Shown here one piece after another: positions 52,701 to 61,059 of a stretch of 64,000 nt of DNA. The translations under genes and the position numbers were made by a program. Within the stretch, counting starts at the first letter, position 1. Each line of letters starts with the position of its first letter. Source of the stretch: Paragordius varius (Eukaryota; Animalia; Nematomorpha); NCBI GenBank assembly GCA_964247055.1, contig OZ176051.1, forward strand, positions 5,146,001-5,210,000, read 5' to 3'. The notes beneath the pieces are model-generated. The model had not been told where the DNA came from. It did no database searches and saw nothing but the letters and a program-made list of their open reading frames with translations.

Positions 52701-55700
52701 ATTATCATACCTAGTGGATAGTAAAATATATAATTAATAACTGTATATTTATTACATAATGGTTATAAAAGATAAAGAATAGCTTAAACTATATTTCTAG
52801 TCTTTTAAATTTTGAAATTATCCTTTTAAAGAAAATAATTAATATCGATATGATGGAAATTTTTTTAAAAAATTAAAAATGGCTGTTTTATATAAAAGAA
52901 ATAGGGTTTTGATTTTGAACACCCTTTTCTAAAATAGGGGGTAATACCATATGTTATTGCCAATAAATACTTGATTAAATTACATAAAAAAGGTTTTTAC
53001 ATAAAGTATATATTTTTTTAAAAGTATACTTTCACCAATACTAATAATTTAAATTTCTACAATCTTTCCTGGAATCATAAAAAAAGATTTATAGGATGTT
53101 TTAAATCTCAGAAAGATAAGACTAACGAGAAAACATGGAATTTATTGAAACCTATTTTTGCTCTAATTATTTACCCATAAAAATAACAGTTATTGACATA
53201 AAAATAAGATTCATTAACATTACAAATTCAAAAAATCAATTAATAATTATTTCATGATCTTCGTTATCACTGCTGGATGTGTCAATATCAACATCCATCC
53301 CAGTATTTGTACAAACGATGTTCATCTAAACGATTTCTGTGCGAATTATGTATTTATTTTTGCATCGAAAAGCTTCTTTCGTACTACTTGACGCATGTAT
53401 AAAAATGATTCTCATGACTAGTGATGATAATTCTTGATAATCGGTAAATGTGCCGATAAACTTCCAGAATTCATCGACCTCCAAATAGCCATTCACCATA
53501 TATTTTACAAACTGTGAATATATTTTATCATGAGGACAATCATAATTAAGACATATATATATTTAGAGCATCAAGTGCTTTTGTGGTTTAATCGCTATTC
53601 AAAAAATTTTTCCGACATGGGTTCAACAAATGAGCCAAAAGAACTATATCCGATTTCGTTTACTCTTTACGCCAAAATATTGTACTGATTCATCTATCTG
53701 ACCTCTAAAAACAGTATTTTTCCTTAAACACAGTTTCATATTCATTCCATGTATCATATATTTTTGTTATAAAGAAAGCATCAGCCTCCATATCGCTAAT
53801 TGCTTCGGTAAATATATTAAAAAAGCTTAATATTTCGACCACAGAAGGTCAAAAATCAACTCAAAAATAAAGTTTATACAATGTTTTTTATCTTTGGGCA
53901 TCAAAAAGTCACGCCAGAGATATCGATAGCCATTATTATATGACAGAAAGTGATGGTCAAAAACAAGCTAAGTATTTAATTTCGTAAGATGAATCTTACG
54001 AATTTCTGTTTTCAAGAAGAAATTAGCCAAAAACATTCTGGCAAAATTTATTTCTACATCAACTCCTAACATTGTTGAAATTATTTCGGAGTTTCATTCT
54101 TAGTTTAAAACCAAATTATGCTATTCCAAATAGAAAACAGATTTCCAATGAATTACTAAATTCATGTTATAAAGATATAAAATAGAAGTTGAGGGAATAT
54201 GTAAAAATAATATTTCATTAATCGTTGAATCCTCTACCAATATTGGTAGGGATCAAATAATAAATATTATTGGCCAGGAATCCCAAAAATCATTTTTTAA
54301 TAAATCTATTAACATATTTTATCATAGTAAGACTGCTGAATATATCTATAACATAATGGAACCAATTATAAAAGATATTGGAAATTTATAAATTAATGCT
54401 ATTGTGACGGATAATGCAGCGAACATGAAGGCTGCTCGAAATTTCATTAATAAAATCCTAATATAATATGGCATGCATGCCAATGTTATATTAAATATAA
54501 TTTGATCAAAGAAAATATAAAACTTAATAAGATTACTGAAATTATAATGTAGTGCGTCGATTGTAGATTGCATTAAATCTAAATCGTATGAATAATTTCA
54601 AAGTATAAAAAAAACTTTGAATCATTCTAAGTTAACGTTAAGTTCATGGACAGTGACTCGTTTTTACACGATCACCAAAACTCTTGATAGCTTTGTTAAT
54701 GGCAAGTTAATCATTGGACATATGGCTATCGATCCTCTATGGGAAAGATAAAAAACATTATATAAACTTTATTCTTGACGTTGCTTTTTGGCCTTCTGTG
54801 GTCGAAATATTAAACTTTTTTAATATATTAACCGAAGCAATTAGCGATTTGGAGGCTGATGCTTCCTTTATAACAAAAATATATGATACACGGAAGAAAT
54901 GTAAAACTCTGTTTAAGGAATAAAATACTGTTTTTGGAGATCAGATAGATGAATCAGTACAATATTTTGAGAGGAGTAAAGAGAAAAGGACAACGGATTT
55001 AGTTCTTTTGACTCATTTGTTTGTCGAAAAAATGATTTGAATAGCGAGGAAACTACAAAAGCACTTGATGCTCTAAATATATTTGTCTTTATGATTGTCC
55101 TTATGATAAAATATATTCAGTTTGTAAAATATATGGCATAAACTGGTATTTTTAAAAAGTTAAAATCTGTCCATTTGGAGGTCGATGAATTCTGGAATTT
55201 GCCGATTATCAAGAATTATCATTACTAGTCATAAGAATCATTTTTATACCTGCGTCAAGTAGTGCAGTCGAAAAAAGTTTTTTGATAAATATATACATAA
55301 TTCGCACAGGAACCGTTAGATGAACATCGTTTGAACAAATTGCTGTCCGTTAGATAAAACTGACGGCTGAATGTTGATATGACACATCCAGCAGTGATGA
55401 TGAAGATAAGGATGAAATAATTATTGATTGATTTTTTAAATTCGTAATGTTAATAAATCTTGTTAAATTGATGTCAATAACTTTTATAAAATTTATGAGT
55501 AAATAATTATAGCATAAAGAGGTTTCAATATACGTTAATCTTAGAAATTTAAATTATCAGTATTGGTGAAAGTATACTTTTAAAAAAATATATAATTTAT
55601 GTAAAAACTTTTTTTATGTAATTAAATCAAGTATTTATGTATATAGTTATTTATTATTGGGAATAAAATATAGTATGACCCCCCCCCCCCCCCCCCCCCC

Positions 55701-56280
55701 CCCATTTTTAAAAAGGGGGTCAAAATCCGTACTAACAACGTGCGATTAGAAAAAACATTTTGAAACTTATATATCTCACTCTTTATAAAATGCAATAAGG
55801 ACGGTAAAACAAAACCGCGTTTTAACTACTAAAATTTAAACATATATATTGATAGATAGATTAAAATTAAAATAATGTTATCAATCTTTTAGTTAATGGA
55901 AATATTATTAATTTGGCGATTATAACCGTAAATTACTGCATTTCAAACGGTAAGAACGATAATCTACTCCTATTACAATTATATATAAAATATATTATAA
56001 TTGATATAACATAATTTATGAACGGACCCTAATAATAATTGAAGTAAAAAATATAATATTTACTGTATAAACCAAAACATGCGGTTAGTTCAGTATGAGT
56101 TGGATAAAAGTTTAAGGAATAAAATATATTTTTCAATTGTTCAATATTTTCAATATATCCTTTTCTGGAGTAGAAAAGAAAACATTCGCGGTACCCTTAT
56201 TATAAATGAAGTAAGTTTACTTTCAATCGTTGTTTCATCAAAATGACATGCCTTTTAAAATTAAAAAATATTTTTACCAT
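49783..56280 (-). CDS. CALML4: Calmodulin-like protein 4 (CALML4-like), 6 exons, ~156 aa
   Basis: Exons 56280-56278 (ATG), 56251-56221, 56195-56064, 52185-52083, 52050-51932, 49865-49783: MACHFDETTIERYRECFLFYSRKGYIENIEQLKNIFYSLNFYPTHTEL...NGEINFATFLEILHNHKK...EYVLTQIGSDKL... The first three intron positions match the calmodulin-family pattern. The last exon is less certain. Confidence 0.82.
49897..50070. mobile_element. MITE family A copy, partial
   Basis: tata|CCGTTTACAATTCAAATTACCC ... GGGTAAATTTGAATTG with the family core. Confidence 0.7.
51095..51660 (+). mobile_element. Decayed 3' part of an RTE-clade LINE inside the CALML4 intron (antisense)
   Basis: Frameshifted SFEVVNE..LGDKITSD, LLKQKHISLKTKGLIYKVGI*PVWTYATETMVL, KRMRYYDHLDRM and PPGNNKPGRPR: typical RTE post-RT motifs. 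Confidence 0.85.
52051..52082 (-). other. 32-nt micro-intron (CALML4 intron 4)
   Basis: gtataataattttattttaaacgttataacag; removal joins the EF2/EF3 exon to the INKTAMEYVLTQIGSDKL exon in phase 2; read-through stops. Confidence 0.75.
52360..52890 (+). repeat. Dispersed repeat, copy 2 (see 14160-14700)
   Basis: Colinear diverged match to 14160-14700. Confidence 0.8.
53990..55360 (+). pseudogene. Decayed hAT transposase
   Basis: Broken reading LKPNYAIPNRKQISNELL, IVTDNAANMKAAR, WHACQC, VTRF, ILTEAISDLEAD, IFIPASSSAVEK (hATC dimerisation motif) and HRNRLDEHRLNKLL; many stops and frameshifts. Confidence 0.88.
55679..55703 (+). repeat. C25 homopolymer
   Basis: Direct count; the mirrored position in the left arm carries only G5. 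Confidence 0.9.
56196..56220 (-). other. 25-nt micro-intron (CALML4 intron 2)
   Basis: gtaaacttacttcatttataataag, phase 1, between TTIE and RYRECF: the conserved calmodulin EEQIA|EFKEAF position. Confidence 0.85.
56252..56277 (-). other. 26-nt micro-intron (CALML4 intron 1)
   Basis: ATG|gtaaaaatattttttaattttaaaag|GCA; an intron directly after the start codon, as in calmodulin genes. Confidence 0.8.
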
Positions 56281-56327
56281 TGACCTGGATATTAATTGCG
56301 AATGTTCATATGTTCGCCTGATCACGT
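56281..56327. promoter_or_regulatory. 47-bp spacer between divergent start codons of CALML4 and MMADHC
   Basis: TGACCTGGATATTAATTGCGAATGTTCATATGTTCGCCTGATCACGT; contains the dyad GCGAA-n10-TTCGC. Confidence 0.6.
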
Positions 56328-59109
56328 ATGAAAAAAGGTTTTCAGTATATTGCAAAAAGGCTTTCTTCGAATTTCAAAGGTAATTTAAAATTTATAGCCT
56401 TTAATTTTTTTGAAATAAATTGATTTAATAATTCTTTCTTAGTTGAATCAAATTTCTATTGGCCTAATTTGAAATACGCTAAGCTCGGTTATGTAGATCC
56501 AAGATTCCCTCTGCCTGGTAACACTGGATTTGAAGATGGTATTTTTTACATGCATAAAATTTAGTTGTTGCTAAAAAAAATCATCCCCAAAAACTTAAAA
56601 TAAAACCGTCCAATGAAACGGACAATTACATCATTAATGCATTTGATTCCATACTTAATTTGAAATTGCCGGTGGAACATCAAGTAATATCCCTTCTCTT
56701 TGCTAAAGGATATGCTAAACAAGTTGATAAATTGGAAATGCTTAAACACTTTGAAACTTACCGTCACATTCAACTTCAATTTACCGTTTTCAATTGTCCA
56801 GAGCTATTAAAAAACGGTAAATTTTAATGTAAATGTGTCCAAGTTTTCTATGTAAATAATCAAATTAAACATCCCTACAGTAGTTATTATTAATTAAAAT
56901 AATTTATAAACTTGAGATTGAGTTGGAAAATTTCCTATATTCGAAAATATAATAAAACAGTAAAATAAAACAATTATTAAATTTGTATTATATGTAAATC
57001 AAAAACACATTATTTACTTTGACGGTTTATTAAAAATTTAAGGATAAGTTTGAAATGTCAAAGGTAGAATTTGCGTTAAGGGTGGATGAAGTGTAGTGTA
57101 TTTTATCAAAATAATTTTCTCTGTTTAGCTTTATCAGATTTTTGCAATATGAAATAATTTTTCTCCTTAAAACCGATTCATAATTATTAGTAATGTAATG
57201 CAGTTTTAACTGAATTAATAAAGTTGGGAAACAATATTTTTCATATAAATCTATTTATAATTTTTCATAATATCTAAATTAGGGGTGTTTAACACACTGC
57301 CCTCCGCAGCTTTTTCTGCAACCCGCTAAATATTATCACCAAATAAAATCAAAAATCTATAAATTGCAAAAATATTCATTCTCAAAATCTTAGTTGAATT
57401 AAAATATTGAAATTATACCATTTCCTTAAAATATTTTCTCAAAAATGTTATCTTGTAATAAATTTCTAAATAAAAGTATTATCGGATCTTTAAGGTAAAA
57501 ACTATCATGTTAAGGCTGTTTTAGGCAAGATAATCAGCAATAATTGGTAAAATTTATATTGGTTTACATTCATTTCGTATTTTTTTATACTCTGGATTAA
57601 ATGAATTGTTTATAAATGTCGTCGAATTTATGGGTCCACAATAAGGCTTGAAAAGCCATTTGTCGTCATCTATATTGTTATCAATTTCAAATTAACTTAT
57701 TTTTTTATCATTTGTTTAGATTTCAACAAAATATTTCCCTACATTGCCTTTAAGAATCAAGATGATTACAGTGATATACCGTTAACAGCTATTATTATGA
57801 CTTTGGTTGATAAAAATGTTCCTAAAACTAAGCATTACCTTAAACCGCCCCTACGTGTTAAACTTCCGACCTCTGCAATGCAAAGATATGTAAATATTGC
57901 ACTACTTTTATTGTAAATCAAATAAAATTAATTTTTTTATGTTGGGATGTTTTCATTTCTTTTTGGTTTGATGGCTAAGATTATAGTAATTGACTTTTTT
58001 TCCTCTTTTTTTTCATATATTTCTATATCCATAAACATATTGATGTAAATAAATAGTTTTAACAAATTGATTTTTAATTTAATTATATTTTTTACCAATG
58101 TTTATGTATGTTATAGTGCTCAATCTACATGTCATTTATTACCTCGTTTTTAAAAATGCATGGATATTGGTCTGATCATATAGCCAAACCGAATGGCCAA
58201 ATTTTAGTAATACTATTTTTTCTCTAAAAATAACAGTTATGATTTTTGTAAAATAACTAAAAACATGATTTAAAAATTAAGAAAATAAAATATATATTTC
58301 AATAAAGTACTATTATTATCCAGCATTTATCATTTTTCATGGATGCGAAATTCCTCATTATCTTGTATAAATACCTAAATATAAATGTATTTTCGATTAA
58401 TTTTATATCTTACCAAATAGAAGGAATATCTAAACGATGTTAAATCGAGTCAACCCGATAATTTATCCGAAATCAAAACTGACAATTCCGATGATGATAA
58501 AGAATTACACCGCACAGAAAATGATGCGCAATTGACTGGTAATCAATCATCTTCTAAACCAAATAAAGGGATGACTTTTAATTCAAACATTGCTGGGAAT
58601 TTGCTGTTAGAATCCTTGTATCAACGATCGACCCTTGATGTGCAAAGAAAATCTAATTGTTGGGTAATTATATTAATTTTATTTAATTAGTGATAATAAG
58701 GCTTTGAAATTTTTTAAATTTACTCATAAATATTTTATGCTTGCTTGTCTACCAACATTTTGTCTCTACTCAAATCTATAAATACTCACTTTTTACTGGC
58801 TCAAAAGCTCTTTCCATCGACGCATAGAAAAATATAGACTACTAACATTTTGTCTCTTTATACGCCAATTAAGAATCCTTTAATATGCCTTACTGAATTT
58901 TAAATTGATATATTTCTTTAAATTATATATTTTAGGTCTTGAATTACAACCCAAGCGATTCTAATTCGTCAAACCTAAATTTTCCTATTTCGCAAAATGG
59001 CAGTAAAAGTACTCATTCAACCGCATCTTATCAACAAGGAATTATATTTACGACAGCTCCTTTATACAGCGCAACACTACGAGATGCTTTAACTAAACAA
59101 TTATTTTAA
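56328..59109 (+). CDS. MMADHC: Divergent cobalamin trafficking protein CblD (MMADHC-like), 7 exons, ~358 aa
   Basis: Exons 56328-56379, 56443-56538, 56565-56816, 57720-57889, 58117-58206, 58421-58663, 58936-59109. Motifs WP...DPRFPLPGNTGF, FNCPELLKN|DFNKIFP, LKMHGYWSDHI and GIIFTTAP, in CblD order; basic presequence-like N-terminus. Absent from the ORF track. Confidence 0.8.
56539..56564 (+). other. 26-nt micro-intron (MMADHC intron 2)
   Basis: gtattttttacatgcataaaatttag, phase 1; joins the PLPGNTGFED exon to the long open exon ending CPELLKN; read-through hits a TAG. Confidence 0.82.
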
Positions 59110-59495
59110 AGTGTAGTAGTGTATATTAATTATTCCGCAATAAGAGTCAATAATAAAAAGATTTTCTTACTCTATATAGTTTTTTATGTCATGTCATGTT
59201 ACAATAATTTATTTATTTATCATGATACCGTGTATTTGATATATTTTTTTTGATAAATTTATAAAAAAATGATATACTTTGATAATAAATATGCATTTTT
59301 TTGCTAGATTTGGATATTGTACATTAGTTGAGTTATAAAATAGTTTTTATTATTTTTAAAATATAATGGATTTGAATATGTTAACCATTATTGAGCAAAA
59401 AGAGTAATAATTTATGTAATAATGTTTTATTTTCAAATCTAATAAACAGTTTATTTTGAATATAATGATTAATTTTATATTATCGAGATTAAAAT

Positions 59496-59844
59496 TAGGA
59501 TGAAAATTGAAACCCTTTTTGATTCTGTTCCGGTATCAAGTCATTTTATTGCTTCTGGTTATCATGTGCCGAAATAATTTTGGTTCTGATACCTTACCAT
59601 TAGATATGCTGTGAATAAAGTAGTTTTAGTTTGGGTTTATTATTTGGATCCAATTATTTCGGTTTTTTTTTCATGTTTCATTTTATTAATAGAATAAGAT
59701 TAAAATAGGATTAAGAAATAAGGTGCTAACACTTGCATATCGATAATAATAAATATGATGAAAATATTTTTTTAACCGTTGGTGTTGTCTTTTGGTTTTA
59801 AAAGGATTCCCGATCCACAAAAACGGTTCCAATTCTTATCCCTG
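59496..59844. mobile_element. hAT-family MITE
   Basis: TAGGATGAAAATTGAAACC vs reverse complement CAGGGATAAGAATTGGAACC; flanks ATTAAAAT / ATTAAATT (7/8). Confidence 0.7.
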
Positions 59845-60062
59845 ATTAAATTTTTTTAGGAAACATAATGAGTGGAATAAATATTTTGTAAATATAAATG
59901 TTAAAATTTTATAATTTTGTTTTAGAATTCCTAACAAAATTTATTGATTTGCCATAGAAATATGAGATTGTATAATAGTATTTAATACAAGGACTGGAAC
60001 TAAATATTTTATCTTTGTTTCGACCGTTTGGAATAGGAATAATTTTTTAGGACGCTTTAAAC

Positions 60063-60331
60063 CAGGGCTGTCCAGCACAAATGCTCTGCGGGCCGTATTT
60101 TAAATGAATATAAACGTTCATAATATTGGATTCTAAACATACTGTTAAATGCCAACCAACACAATACAACAATGCTAGTTCGTTGCCAATTAAATGTAAT
60201 TATTAGGCATAATTATTTGAGAAATATCAATTTCAGTGAGATTTAGTGAGCATATTTTCTCAAAAATTATGGATTTACAGTTTTTGCGGGCCTCCAAAGA
60301 GTCTCAAATGACCACGTGTTGGACACCCCTG
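60063..60331. mobile_element. hAT-family MITE
   Basis: CAGGGCTGTCCAGCAC ... GTGTTGGACACCCCTG; flanks CTTTAAAC / TTTTAAAC (7/8). Confidence 0.82.
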
Positions 60332-60624
60332 TTTTAAACCCTAATTTTTATTAAGACATGATGTCTATAACTTCTTAGGGAGCAGATTTTTGATTAGGCA
60401 ATTATACATTGGTAACGAGATTAGTAAAAATTATTATGATTTTCAATTGAATGCCTTATGAGTTTTTATGTTGCGTCCTGGCAAAAACAATTCATGATAA
60501 TTTAGAGATTTAAGAATAAAAATAAATTGCATAATTTGCTACTATCATAGTGCGGGTGGCTAGTTTTATCTAATATAAACGATAAATAGGTTTCTTTATT
60601 TGTCGCAGAATACTCTTCAATTTC

Positions 60625-60627
<3 letters not shown>

Positions 60628-60665
<38 letters not shown>
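60628..60665. repeat. (AT)n microsatellite
   Basis: Direct reading. Confidence 0.95.
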
Positions 60666-60667
<2 letters not shown>

Positions 60668-61059
60668 TAGTGTACCAAATTTAAGGTCAAAAATGTGATT
60701 TTCTATTTTGGTATTTTTGGATAGAGAAACTCATTACCTCTCAGAATCCGAAAAAATTGGGATAACATTGAATATAAGATACCCAAACTTAAAAAACCGA
60801 TTTAACCAGTGAGGTGCTATATAAAAACTTTTAAAAATTTTGCACATAGCTCCTTATTATATTATAGCATGTGATTAACCCGTCTTTGAGATGCAGAAAC
60901 AAAAATATAAATTTTTTAATTAAATAATATTACAATATATGATTTGCATTATAATAAAGCTTCTTTTTACGTTTAAAACACAATATTTTAATATTTTTCA
61001 ATAAATTTTATTTAAAATGCTAATACCTCTTCATTTTAGGTACTGAACGATTTGATCAA

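Larger units (their letters stand above)
52902..55730. mobile_element. Foldback-rearranged hAT transposon with ~1-kb inverted arms
   Basis: 52902-53933 is the reverse complement of 54722-55730, including transposase coding DNA; TAGGG at the left end; ~790-bp unique spacer. Confidence 0.88.

Noticed and set aside
56011-56028. In-frame 18-nt micro-exon after a 35-nt intron in CALML4
   Set aside because: Weak donor (gttata), and the protein aligns to the family without it; possible but unsupported.
1000-59109. Functional clustering of mitochondrial cofactor genes (IMMT, LIPT1, MMADHC)
   Set aside because: They are interspersed with unrelated genes over 58 kb; only the IMMT/LIPT1 adjacency is notable.
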